A DNA stretch of 64,000 bases from Chloroflexota bacterium (GCA_040752025.1 JBFMFR010000019.1:1-64000), one strand, 5' to 3'. Shown: positions 39,219 to 48,852, counted from the first letter of the stretch. Translations and numbers: made by a program. Notes: generated by a model from the letters alone, not told the origin.

Positions 39219-39247
39219 ATGACAATCCTCTCAAACTTTGGTAAATT
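39219..39247 (+). promoter_or_regulatory. Second copy of promoter motif GTTGATGACAAT-N11-TTTGGTAAATT (-35 ATGACA, 17 nt, TGgTAAATT)
   Basis: Identical -35 and -10 blocks and spacing to 27295..27323. Sits 52 nt upstream of ctaA-ctaB. Confidence 0.5.
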
Positions 39248-39298
39248 TAGATCGTCAAGCTCTGAATTGTACATCTCATCGTTTGCATCTATCGCTTT

Positions 39299-41119
39299 TT
39301 GAGTGACCGCCTGATGAACAACCTGAAAACCAACTCTATTCCCGACCTTCTCCCTTTCCGCCGTCTGGCGCTTGCCACAACCATTGTACTGTTTCTGGTC
39401 ATTGTTACTGGGAGTATCCTGCGCACGGTTAGCCCAGGGAATAGCTGCCCGGATTGGCCCACCTGCTTCAATACCTGGATGCCTCCAGACAATCAAGGCC
39501 CTTTGATTGACTATGCGCACAGAGCGGCCACTGTTCTGGCAGTCATCCTGGCGCTCGGCTTTGCCGTTCTGGCGCTGATTCGCCACCGCCAACAGCCTTT
39601 ACTGTTCTGGTTCGCCCAGGTTGCCATGTTCCTGATGAGTGTACAAGTTGCTCTGGGAGCAGCCCTGGCATTGAACTTACTATCCTCTTCGCAGGCCTGG
39701 CTTTCCACCCTCCACCTGGGGTTTTCTTTGCTCGCTCTAGCAGCCTCACTCACCGCCACTTTAGCAGCATTTGGTGTAGCCATTCCCCACAATCTCGCTT
39801 GGTCTGGTTTTACCCGCCTTTCCTTGCTGACTACCCTGGCGGTTTTCCTTCTACTGGTCAGCGGCGCAATCGTAGCTGGTAGCCAGGCATCCTCGACCTG
39901 CCAGGCATGGCCTTTGTGTGACACTTTCCCCTCTAACAGTGCCGCCTGGATCAATCTCTCTCATCGCGGCTTAGTTGCCCTGGCAGGAATATTGCTGTTT
40001 ACATTGCTCGTGCAGGCCTGGCGCACACAGCGCACCCAAACCCCCGTAATCACAGCGACCACTGCCGCTGCGGTGTTGTTTCTCGCTCAGGCGTTGTTAG
40101 GTGCTCGCATGGTGCAAGGCTTCCCGGGTTACCTGCTGGTTCTGCATACGGCCACAGCCGTTGCCGTCTGGGCCGTATTAGTGGTGCAGTTCATTACCGT
40201 TCTGCATGCCAACCGCGCCAGCGAACAGGAAAGCCTCGAAGCCGCCAGCCTCCGCGGGCGCAAAGGTCTGCTCAAAGATCTACTGTTACTCACCAAACCC
40301 ATTGTGGTGCTCCTGCTCTTGGTCACCACCTACGCCGGGATGGTGATCGGCGCTCGAGAATGGCCCGCTTTCCCCGTCGCCTTTTGGACTCTCGTAGGAG
40401 GCTTCATGGCGGCCGGCGGATCGGGAGCCATCAACCAATACATCGATCGCTACGACGACCAAAAAATGCAGCGCACCCAAAAGCGTCCCATCCCCGCTGG
40501 CCGCCTGACCCCGGGCGAGGGTTTAGCCTTCGGAGTTGCCATGACCCTGGCCTCATTTTACCTGGTGACAGCCTATGTCAACTTATTGGCAGCCTTGCTC
40601 ACTTTGGCAGGCATAATCTATTATGTGTTGATCTACAGCATCTTCCTGAAAAAGACCACTGTTCAAAACATCGTCATCGGCGGCGGTGCAGGCGCCATCC
40701 CACCCCTGGTTGGTTGGGCCGCTGCTACCGGCAGTTTGAACATTCCTTCGCTGTTCTTGTTCGCCGTCGTTTTCATGTGGACTCCACCGCACTTCTGGGC
40801 ATTGGCGTTGGTGCGGCGCAAAGATTATGCCCGTGCTGGCGTGCCCATGCTGCCGGTCGTGCGCGGCGAGGCTGAAACCCGCTGGCAGATTTTTATCTAC
40901 ACCCTGGAGCTCGTCGCTCTAACCCTGGTTTTGCCCATCTTCGGGTTGGGGGGCGGCATTTATCTGGTTGGAGCTGGCATGCTCGGCCTCTGGCTGCTCT
41001 CTACCGCCTACCGGGTCTGGAAACAGGGTGGCAATAAGCTGGCCTGGAAAATGTACCGCTATTCCAGCATGTACCTGGCCTTCATCTTCCTCGTCTTGAT
41101 GATCGATCGATTAGTGTAG
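39299..41119 (+). CDS. Fused heme A synthase (CtaA/COX15) and protoheme IX farnesyltransferase (CtaB/CyoE)
   Basis: N-terminal half has the CtaA Cys pair CPDWPTC and 8 TM segments. C-terminal half begins LLKDLLLLTKPIVVLLLLVTTYAGMVIGA (UbiA-family CtaB). Single 606-aa ORF (TTG at 39299, alternative ATG at 39314). Confidence 0.8.
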   Translation: MSDRLMNNLKTNSIPDLLPFRRLALATTIVLFLVIVTGSILRTVSPGNSCPDWPTCFNTWMPPDNQGPLIDYAHRAATVLAVILALGFAVLALIRHRQQPLLFWFAQVAMFLMSVQVALGAALALNLLSSSQAWLSTLHLGFSLLALAASLTATLAAFGVAIPHNLAWSGFTRLSLLTTLAVFLLLVSGAIVAGSQASSTCQAWPLCDTFPSNSAAWINLSHRGLVALAGILLFTLLVQAWRTQRTQTPVITATTAAAVLFLAQALLGARMVQGFPGYLLVLHTATAVAVWAVLVVQFITVLHANRASEQESLEAASLRGRKGLLKDLLLLTKPIVVLLLLVTTYAGMVIGAREWPAFPVAFWTLVGGFMAAGGSGAINQYIDRYDDQKMQRTQKRPIPAGRLTPGEGLAFGVAMTLASFYLVTAYVNLLAALLTLAGIIYYVLIYSIFLKKTTVQNIVIGGGAGAIPPLVGWAAATGSLNIPSLFLFAVVFMWTPPHFWALALVRRKDYARAGVPMLPVVRGEAETRWQIFIYTLELVALTLVLPIFGLGGGIYLVGAGMLGLWLLSTAYRVWKQGGNKLAWKMYRYSSMYLAFIFLVLMIDRLV

Positions 41120-41140
41120 GCTTCTAATCTGGGATGCCAT

Positions 41141-42784
41141 TCACTTCACCACCAGGGTATATTTTTGTTGGATAGGAGTCTTGGAATTGTAAGTATCCAA
41201 CTTCCCATCCTTATTCACATCATACCCATCCGTGATCTCCTGTGAGAAAGTAAAATCGACCTGGATACTGTAAGTACCCGAAGAATATGAGCCAAGATCG
41301 ATCGTGTAATACACCCAATACGCCCCATCCAGGTTCGTTCCACACGGCACTTCGGACATGGACAGCAGATCCGATTGTAGCTCCCCTTGCAAACGCGAGC
41401 CATTGATCGTCAGGCGTACGTTGATCGCCGGGCGCGTTTCTCGCGCCAGGTCAGCGCCTTTCACTCCCCACAACCCATAGATCAAATGAATTGGGCGATT
41501 TGCCTGAACCGTGAACGATTTACCGCAAGAAGGGCGCAAATATAATACTTGCGGAGGTAGCGAGGTGGGCGTATCGCTTGGCAAAACTCGAGTTGGCGTT
41601 GAGGTATTGGTAGCTGTAGGTAAAATTTTCGCCTGTGTAGCGACTGGGCGCGTTGGCGATGGTGTAACTCGCGGCGACGATGTAACTCGCCTGGTGTTGG
41701 TAGCCACCGGCTCATCTGCTATCGAAGCACTGGTCACACGCGCGCTGGTAGGCGCTGGCGGGGCCGGAGTCGCAGGCGCGCCTCCCATCAAATTGTAAAC
41801 CACCAAAACACACAATACTACAAACAGGCCGATAACTGCAAATCCCCAGGCGGGGATCTTGGCCCCTGAGGCCGCTCGCGCTTGTCCAACCTGTGGCAGC
41901 GCCACTGCCTGCGTTCTGCTGGCGCCAATTTGCGTTGCCCCATCTACCTGCACCGTTGCCGGCCAGGGTTTGGAGGCTGTAGCCTGTATAACGAGGGCCT
42001 GCTTGAAAGCCGCCGTGCTTTGGAAACGTTGGTCTGGCTGCAACTGCATTGCCCGCCCCAATGCCGCTACACTGTTGCGCGACACAGCCAGATTCATACT
42101 CCCCAGGGAAGGAAGCCTGTCGCCTGTAGCTCGTTGGATGCTCTCTTGTGGCTGCTGACCAGACAAAAGATGGTATAGAGTGGCCCCTAAAGCATAAACA
42201 TCCGTCCGGGCATCCGTTCGGCCTTGCCCATACTGTTCCAGGGGTGAATATCCTGGTGTAACTGCCCTTGCTCCTATGGTGGTCCTTAGATGTGGGTCAT
42301 ACACCTTGGCAATCCCGAAATCTACCAGCACAGCCCTGCCGTCTGGCCGGACGCGGATGTTAGCCGGCTTGATATCCCGATGGATTATCGGCGGATTCTG
42401 GTTGTGCAGATAAATCAGCGCATCGCACACCTGCAAAATCCAGGGCAACACTTGCGCCTCGGGCAGTGGACCGCCTGCCCGGTCCAGCTTCTCCTGCAAA
42501 TCTTCGCCCTCGATATACTCCATCACCATGTATTGCCCTTGCCCGGCAATGCTGAACGAATCAATTACCCGCGGCAACCCCTGGTGATTTAGCGAATACA
42601 GCATCGAAGCTTCATGCCGGAATTGTCGTTGTGCTTCTGGAGAGGTATCCAGGCTTTCCTTGACCGCGCATGGCGCTTGAAGATTCAAATCCCAGGCGCG
42701 GTAGACCGCCCCAAAACCGCCCTGCCCCAGTAATTTGACGATCCGATAACGGCTATTCAGAACCTGGCCTGTAGCTAAAGGCAT
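41141..42784 (-). CDS. PknB-like Ser/Thr protein kinase (paralog of 25608..27137) with a different extracellular C-terminal domain
   Basis: YRIVKLLGQGGFGAVYRAWDLNLQAPCAVKE, HRDIKPANI, DFGIAK. TM IPAWGFAVIGLFVVLCVLVV. Start at MPLATGQ with GGAGAAG RBS. Confidence 0.85.
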   Translation of the reverse strand: MPLATGQVLNSRYRIVKLLGQGGFGAVYRAWDLNLQAPCAVKESLDTSPEAQRQFRHEASMLYSLNHQGLPRVIDSFSIAGQGQYMVMEYIEGEDLQEKLDRAGGPLPEAQVLPWILQVCDALIYLHNQNPPIIHRDIKPANIRVRPDGRAVLVDFGIAKVYDPHLRTTIGARAVTPGYSPLEQYGQGRTDARTDVYALGATLYHLLSGQQPQESIQRATGDRLPSLGSMNLAVSRNSVAALGRAMQLQPDQRFQSTAAFKQALVIQATASKPWPATVQVDGATQIGASRTQAVALPQVGQARAASGAKIPAWGFAVIGLFVVLCVLVVYNLMGGAPATPAPPAPTSARVTSASIADEPVATNTRRVTSSPRVTPSPTRPVATQAKILPTATNTSTPTRVLPSDTPTSLPPQVLYLRPSCGKSFTVQANRPIHLIYGLWGVKGADLARETRPAINVRLTINGSRLQGELQSDLLSMSEVPCGTNLDGAYWVYYTIDLGSYSSGTYSIQVDFTFSQEITDGYDVNKDGKLDTYNSKTPIQQKYTLVVK

Positions 42785-42815
42785 GTTCTTCTCCCAAGAA
42801 ATGGATACCATTATT

Positions 42816-42855
42816 ATAAACGAGGCTGATCGCTAATTGCGACAGCCTCGTTTAT
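42816..42855 (-). terminator. 13-bp perfect-stem hairpin (ataaacgaggctg / cagcctcgtttat, 14-nt loop); terminator for the tetR-merB-like unit or a 5'-leader structure of the kinase gene
   Basis: Seen in sequence, 190 nt downstream of the MerB-like stop and 5 to 30 nt upstream of the kinase start codons. Followed on the minus strand by an A/U-rich stretch. Confidence 0.4.
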
Positions 42856-43045
42856 CGTGACGAACTGGCGTTCATCTTTCCTGGAAAGTCCGTAATTCCT
42901 CCAGGGGGATATTGAATATTGGCCCTTGTGTCCAGGGCGTTAGCCAAGCCGCCTGTTCCAAAGTCAGGTATAACCCTTTCAAGTTGCTCATCTTACTGCG
43001 GTATCCACGTGCGTGTTCTTCTGACCAGAAGAAAACCGAGTTCAT

Positions 43046-43534
43046 TCAGAAAGCATCGATGATGCTGGGATCCTCAAGCGTTTCAAAATCGATCAGAGGG
43101 ATGAACACAATTGGATCAGCGCCTTGCTCAGTAACACGGAAGTTGAGCTTTTCATCAAACTCAATATTCAGGGATTGTTTACAACAGGCACAACTGGTTT
43201 GAATATGGACCTTGAGAGGTGTTTTTCGAAGTTGCCCTTGCACGAAGGGCACCGCTACCGCGTCGATCGCTCAAGCTGCATGACATTGCTCACCCGTATC
43301 GAATGAAACCCGGTGTGGCGTTGCCTCGCTCGTTACAGGGTATGCCCAATGCACTTCCCCTTGTTTATTGCGATACAAAAAAGTCATCCCCTTTTCAAGC
43401 TCATCCAAAATGATTGCCAGCTTCCCTTCTGGAATGCTCAATTCCTGAGAGATAAAAGTTGGCGAAAGCGGCTTGCCCGTCCGTGGAATTTCAGTGACCA
43501 CAAAATTACGCACCCGGTGGTGATCTTCGGACAT
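43046..43534 (-). CDS. MerB-like (organomercurial lyase family) protein with an in-frame TGA at the position of the catalytic cysteine: candidate selenocysteine codon, or a nonsense pseudogene
   Basis: GKPLSPTFISQELSIPEGKLAIILDEL aligns with MerB [27 protein letters not shown]. ...GEQCHAA-TGA-AIDAVAVPF aligns with MerB ...RRLYAWCALDTLIFPAL, so TGA falls on Cys96 and the Asp on Asp99. QTSCACC aligns with SSHCAAT (Cys159). The two ORF-track pieces (43271..43648 and 43046..43252) are in the same frame, separated only by TGA 43271..43273. Confidence 0.5.
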
Positions 43535-43647
43535 GAAACTTAAGCTGGCATAACTGTGCTGCACTCGTTTGGGCAACTGGCTTTTCCACAACTGGGTGGG
43601 CAAGGGCAGCAAAAAACGCCAGATACCCATCAACAGACTTTCTTTCA

Positions 43648-44319
43648 TTAGTTTTCCCTTTCTATTTTAGTATGACCACGATCTTCATCTGGTTTCAAGC
43701 CCTCGTACAAAAGCGAAACCAGCGCTTCGGGTAATTCAGCCACATCATCTAAATGCATAGGAACATCGAGCAAATCCAATACGATCAGGCCAATGTGTAG
43801 TGCGGTAAGCGCTCGTGCCGTCAGGCGATAATTTACTGGGCGAATGTGCCCTCCGGCTGCACGCGCCTCCAGATGCTTGCTCATCGCGCTCAAAGTATGC
43901 ACAATCGATTGACTGTGATAGCGCTCTCGCAGCACGGGGTCAACCAGTAACTCCGGGAGTATCGCCCGGAATATCTCCTTATGGGCGAAATACGCTTCCA
44001 GGCGTTGGTGCATCAATGCTCCGAAAGTTTGGCGGAAGTCAGCCGCAGAAAGCCCCTCAAATTTCCCTTCATCGGTTTCGACCTCGATCAGGTGATCCAG
44101 GATCCCCAACAGCAAATCGGCTTTGTTCTCGAAGTAGTTGTAGATCGTGCCATCGGCAATTCCCGCGCATTCCGCCACCTGCCGGATCGTCGCCCGATGA
44201 TAGCCGCGCTCGGCGAACACCCGGGCAGCCGCATTCAAAATTTGCGCACGCCTGGCTTGCGTCAAAATTTCCTGGATCGAATCGCTTGGCTGATTCTTTG
44301 CCATCCCGGCTCCTTTCAA
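43648..44319 (-). CDS. TetR/AcrR family transcriptional regulator
   Basis: N-terminal HTH RRAQILNAAARVFAERGYHRATIRQVAECAGIADGTIYNYFENKADLL. 223 aa. Confidence 0.85.
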   Translation of the reverse strand: MKGAGMAKNQPSDSIQEILTQARRAQILNAAARVFAERGYHRATIRQVAECAGIADGTIYNYFENKADLLLGILDHLIEVETDEGKFEGLSAADFRQTFGALMHQRLEAYFAHKEIFRAILPELLVDPVLRERYHSQSIVHTLSAMSKHLEARAAGGHIRPVNYRLTARALTALHIGLIVLDLLDVPMHLDDVAELPEALVSLLYEGLKPDEDRGHTKIEREN

Positions 44320-44504
44320 TTTCTGAATTTCTATTCATTTGCTTGAACGCCCGTTCATTTCAAGTATATCGCCATCTTTCGGTTCTGTCAACCCAACTAG
44401 GGCTCGAAATCTTACAAGACTCTTACATTAATTGCACAATTGCGATATAATATATCCACATCAGCCCCGAGCCACTTCGGCTCGGATTTTCCATCTGAAA
44501 GGTA

Positions 44505-45707
44505 TTGCTCCATATGAAAACTCGCTTTTTGGCTCTCATTCTTCTCATAGCGCTTATGCAAATGGCCTGCGCGTTAGTTGGCGGTGCGCCAGATGCCACG
44601 CAAGCCCCAGTTGCCACCAACGCTCCTACCCGGGCTGCTACTCAACCATCAGGTCAGGCAGCCACCCAACCAGCTCCCACGGCGACTCAAGCCGAGCCCA
44701 CCGCCATACAGCCAGCCCCAACGCCCGACCAATCGAAAGCCCCGGCCGGCCCGGCTTCGCTCGACCTGAGCGATGCAACCTTGTTCCAGATTACACTCAC
44801 TGATTACACCGAGCGCTATCTCGACCAGATCGAAGGCCTGGATCCAGGCAACTCCCCGTTTACCATGCGCATCAGCCTGGAAACGCGCTACCAGAGCCAG
44901 CCCAGCACGGCCTGGTACTCGATCAATGGTCTGATGGGTGATGAGTTTAAAACCGATTCCGCCATTGTGGATGGTCAGCTTTACACAATCAGCGTAGATG
45001 GCTCCTGCACAACCTCCGCCCCAGGCGATCCTCCCCCCAGCCCATACACATCCCTATCGGCGGTTCTCACCGGCCAGGCGCAGCAAGTTGAAACTGGCGT
45101 AGAGATCAACGGCTTTATCACAGACCGCTACGCTATTCAGGTGGAAAACCTGGTTCCCGATGCGCAAATCGAGCTTAAAGAGACAATAACAGACGGCGAT
45201 TCAACCTCGACCACCACCACCACCATCCACCTGCAAGGCACAGGCAATCTGTACCGGGCGCGCCTCGGCGGTTTCGTAGTTCGCCTGGAATTAGCAGATA
45301 GCGCCACGGCAACCGAGAACGATTTCTTCTTTGCCCCAGGCAGTGAGATGAAATCCTCGCGCTCCTTTGAGCTGATTCAGACGCTTCCCGACATGGCTCC
45401 TATCGCCCCGCCATCAGGGTGCCAGGTCGCAACTACCGGAGGTGGAGACGATGCCGCCTACCCGATGATGGATGATGCCACAGTTGTCATGCAAGATTCT
45501 GGTAATCTTTTCTACCAGACCAACCATTCGCTGCAAGAAGTGCAGCAGTTTTACCTCGCCGAAATGGTTGTGGCCGGCTGGAAAAAAACTAACGAAACCA
45601 CCCTCGGCATGATCGTTGTACTCACTTTCGCCAAAAATGGCCAATCGATCTCGATCACGCTGATGGAAACGGGCGACACGGTCTCCGTTCAAATCACGCC
45701 GGAATGA
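44505..45707 (+). CDS. Hypothetical secreted lipoprotein with Ala/Pro/Thr/Gln-rich linker
   Basis: Signal peptide/lipobox (MQMACALVGG), low-complexity linker, then about 300-aa uncharacterised domain. Confidence 0.5.
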   Translation: MLHMKTRFLALILLIALMQMACALVGGAPDATQAPVATNAPTRAATQPSGQAATQPAPTATQAEPTAIQPAPTPDQSKAPAGPASLDLSDATLFQITLTDYTERYLDQIEGLDPGNSPFTMRISLETRYQSQPSTAWYSINGLMGDEFKTDSAIVDGQLYTISVDGSCTTSAPGDPPPSPYTSLSAVLTGQAQQVETGVEINGFITDRYAIQVENLVPDAQIELKETITDGDSTSTTTTTIHLQGTGNLYRARLGGFVVRLELADSATATENDFFFAPGSEMKSSRSFELIQTLPDMAPIAPPSGCQVATTGGGDDAAYPMMDDATVVMQDSGNLFYQTNHSLQEVQQFYLAEMVVAGWKKTNETTLGMIVVLTFAKNGQSISITLMETGDTVSVQITPE

Positions 45708-45843
45708 GTCCTCCAACCTGACCTGGCACAGCGGGGCCTCTTCGAGCATGAGGCCCCGCTTTTCATTCTCGCCGTCAATCTGACAAAAGTATTAACCGCT
45801 GCCACAGATTCCTGGGTATACTTATCCTCCGAGACTCTACACC

Positions 45844-47610
45844 ATGAAACCACTACGATTGATCTTCAAATACTCGCGCAACTACTCGTTGCACCTCACC
45901 ATCACCGTCATCAGCATGCTGCTCCTGGTCGCCATGCAGTTGATGATTCCCTGGATCATCAAGACCCTGATCGAGAACGTCACCGATCCCAGTGGGGGTA
46001 CACACTCCCTGGATGTAATCACCAACCTGGCCTTGATCGTCCTGGGCATCTTTATTCTGCGCAGTTTCCTGCAATTCGTGCGCAGCTATGTGGCCCACAT
46101 AGCTGGTTGGGGCGTGGTCGCCGATCTGCGCAAGCATATCTACCAACACCTGCAGCGCCTCTCCTTGCGTTTCTACGAGGACAAACAAACCGGGCAGTTG
46201 ATGTCTCAGGTTGTCAACGATTCCGATTTGTTCGAGACACTCATTGCACATGCCGTACCAGACGTTTTCGTGAACGTACTCACACTTCTGGGCGTTGTCA
46301 TGGTCTTGATCAACTTGAACTGGCGTTTGTTGCTGCTCAGTTTATTGCCCGTGCCAATGATCATTCTGGCGTTGCGCATCTATGCTCGCTACGTTCGCCC
46401 TGCTTTCCGCTTCCGGCAAAAAGAGCTGGGCGATCTGAATGCCTTGCTCAACGAAAATATTTCAGGCATACGTGAAATCAAAGCCTTCACCCGTGAAGAC
46501 AACGAATTTCAGCGTGTAGGTGAGCGCATCGATAATTATCGCCGCGCCCTCTTGAAAGCTCTGCGCCTGATGGCCACCTTCTCCCCGTTCATCGAATTCG
46601 CCTCCTCTCTAGGCACCCTGGTGGTCATCTTTTTCGGTGGTCGCCTGGTTTACCAGGGCATCTTGCCGGTCAGCGATCTTGTAGCTTTCTTCCTTTACTT
46701 AGAAATCCTGTACCAGCCCATTCGCAATCTAAGCAGCGCCTGGGAAAACGTCCAGTCTGCGCTGGCAGGCGCCGACCGTGTCTCTGAATTGTTACAGGAA
46801 GACCAGGAAGTTCAAGATCAGAAACACGCCTACAACTTGCCACAACCCGTGCGTGGCGAGATCGTTTTCCAGGATGTAGACTTCGCCTATCACCACGGCG
46901 AGACAGTTTTGGAAAAGATCACCCTTTCCATCCCCTCTCAGCGCGTCACCGCCCTGGTCGGACCGACTGGCGTGGGCAAATCCACCCTGGTCAGCCTGAT
47001 CCCGCGTTTCTACGATGTGACCGAAGGCAGGATTACCCTGGACGGGCATGATATTCGCCAACTCAGGCTTGAGAATTTGCGCCAGCAAATCAGCATCGTG
47101 CTTCAAGACGTCTATCTGTTCTACGGCACCGTGCGCGAGAACATCCTCTTTGGTCGTCCGGATGCCAGCGAAACTGATGTGATCACAGCCGCCCAAATCG
47201 CCAACGCCCACGATTTCATTCAGGATCTTCCTAACGGTTACGACACGATGATTGGTGAGCGCGGCATCAAGCTCTCCGGTGGGCAGAAACAACGCCTGTC
47301 TATCGCCCGCGCTGTGCTCAAAAACGCCCCCGTTTTGATCCTGGACGAGGCTACATCTTCGGTAGACACCGAAACCGAACTGCTCATCCAACAAGCCCTG
47401 GAACGCCTGATTGCCGGGCGCACCACGATCATCATCGCCCACCGCCTATCCACCATCCGTAACGCTCACCAGATCGTTGTCCTGGAAGGCAAGCGCATCA
47501 AAGAGATGGGCACTCACACCGACCTGATCGCCCAGGATGGGCTCTACAGGCGCCTGTGCACTGTGCAGCAGAACTTTGACGTGCACCTGGCTACTGTACA
47601 AGCCTCATAG
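45844..47610 (+). CDS. ABC exporter, fused permease/ATP-binding protein (MsbA/multidrug type)
   Basis: 6 TM segments then NBD: Walker A GPTGVGKST, signature [16 protein letters not shown], Walker B ILILDEATS, H-loop. Confidence 0.9.
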   Translation: MKPLRLIFKYSRNYSLHLTITVISMLLLVAMQLMIPWIIKTLIENVTDPSGGTHSLDVITNLALIVLGIFILRSFLQFVRSYVAHIAGWGVVADLRKHIYQHLQRLSLRFYEDKQTGQLMSQVVNDSDLFETLIAHAVPDVFVNVLTLLGVVMVLINLNWRLLLLSLLPVPMIILALRIYARYVRPAFRFRQKELGDLNALLNENISGIREIKAFTREDNEFQRVGERIDNYRRALLKALRLMATFSPFIEFASSLGTLVVIFFGGRLVYQGILPVSDLVAFFLYLEILYQPIRNLSSAWENVQSALAGADRVSELLQEDQEVQDQKHAYNLPQPVRGEIVFQDVDFAYHHGETVLEKITLSIPSQRVTALVGPTGVGKSTLVSLIPRFYDVTEGRITLDGHDIRQLRLENLRQQISIVLQDVYLFYGTVRENILFGRPDASETDVITAAQIANAHDFIQDLPNGYDTMIGERGIKLSGGQKQRLSIARAVLKNAPVLILDEATSSVDTETELLIQQALERLIAGRTTIIIAHRLSTIRNAHQIVVLEGKRIKEMGTHTDLIAQDGLYRRLCTVQQNFDVHLATVQAS

Positions 47611-47661
47611 ATATCACTATTGAGCCCTGCTAGAAAATCTGGCAGGGCTCAATAGTGATAT
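47611..47661 (+). terminator. Rho-independent terminator with an unusually long (about 21-bp perfect) stem immediately after the ABC exporter stop
   Basis: atatcactattgagccctgc-tagaaaatctg-gcagggctcaatagtgatat followed by aataatttcc. Confidence 0.65.
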
Positions 47662-47827
47662 AATAATTTCCAGTCCTGCTCCACACTGCAACAACATTCC
47701 AAGGACTCTCATTACAAACCGGTCCGAAGATCGACCAACAGGAGGTGAATCGCCGCTAACATCCTGTAAGTTTCTGATTCGTCAAAAGCTCCAAGAACCA
47801 AACATACACATATCTAGGAGGAACAAA

Positions 47828-48760
47828 ATGAGGAGACTATACCTATTCCTGACCGTGTTCATCGCCCTTAGCCTGTTGTTGGCTTCCTGTGGCGCGCCCG
47901 CTACGCAACCCGCGGCCCAAGATAAGATCGGGGAAATTACAGCCCGCGGCACCTTGCTGATCTCCACCGACCCGGCCTATCCACCCCAATCCGAATTGGT
48001 CGAAAATGCCAAGCGCCCCGACAATACCAAGTGCGCCTCAGACCAGCGTACCGCAGCCGAACTGCGCGGCTTTGATATCGATGTCGCCGTCGAAATCGCC
48101 AAGCGCCTGGGTGTGGAAGCCTGTTTTACCACCCCCGACTGGACCTTGATCGTAGCTGGCAACTGGGCCGACCGCTGGGATATCTCCGTCGGTTCTATGA
48201 CCATCACCCCTGAACGCATGGAGAATCTGTACTTCACCCAGCCTTACTATACCACCCCGGCTGCCTTCTTCGTTCACAAAGACAACACCACCCTCACGCA
48301 GCCCAGCGATCTCTCCGGCAAGAAAGTTGGCGCCTGCACCGGTTGTACCTACGATTTCTTCCTGGCAGGTACGCTGCAAATTCCTGGCGAGACGATGAAT
48401 TATGTGGTCAAGAACCCAGTCTTCACTGGCTATGAGACCGACCTCAACGCCCTGCAAGATCTGGCCCTCGGAGATAGCGTCCGCCTGGATGCCGTTCTGA
48501 CTGCGCAGCCCACTGGGGCTGGGGCCATCGCCGATGGGTTGCCGCTCAAGCAGTTAGGCGATCCGGTTTACTTCGAATATCTGGCTGCTGCGGTAGATAA
48601 AACCGCCAGCAAAGATCCCAAGTCTTTCGTAGACAAGGTTACCGAAATCATCAAAGCCATGCACGCCGATGGCACCTTGCTCAAGCTCTCCCAGCAGTAT
48701 TACAACCTGGATCTGACCTCTGCCGCAGGCAAGTTCGATCTCGCACAGCTTAAACAGTAA
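47828..48760 (+). CDS. ABC transporter substrate-binding lipoprotein (polar amino acid, SBP family 3)
   Basis: Lipoprotein signal (LLASCG). SBP_bac_3-like fold, two-lobe pattern. Followed by permease and ATPase genes. Confidence 0.8.
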   Translation: MRRLYLFLTVFIALSLLLASCGAPATQPAAQDKIGEITARGTLLISTDPAYPPQSELVENAKRPDNTKCASDQRTAAELRGFDIDVAVEIAKRLGVEACFTTPDWTLIVAGNWADRWDISVGSMTITPERMENLYFTQPYYTTPAAFFVHKDNTTLTQPSDLSGKKVGACTGCTYDFFLAGTLQIPGETMNYVVKNPVFTGYETDLNALQDLALGDSVRLDAVLTAQPTGAGAIADGLPLKQLGDPVYFEYLAAAVDKTASKDPKSFVDKVTEIIKAMHADGTLLKLSQQYYNLDLTSAAGKFDLAQLKQ

Positions 48761-48776
48761 CCTTTTGTTTTCACAG

Positions 48777-48808
48777 GCAGGTGAGGCTCTTAGGTGAGCC
48801 TCACCTGC
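48777..48808 (+). terminator. Intra-operon hairpin (13-bp stem) between the SBP and permease genes; likely partial terminator/attenuator giving SBP excess
   Basis: gcaggtgaggctc-ttaggt-gagcctcacctgc followed by gtttcatctgc. Sits 17 nt after the SBP stop and 45 nt before the permease ATG (AGGAGG RBS). Confidence 0.5.
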
Positions 48809-48852
48809 GTTTCATCTGCAATGCATCCTCATCTTGCCAAAGGAGGCTGGCT

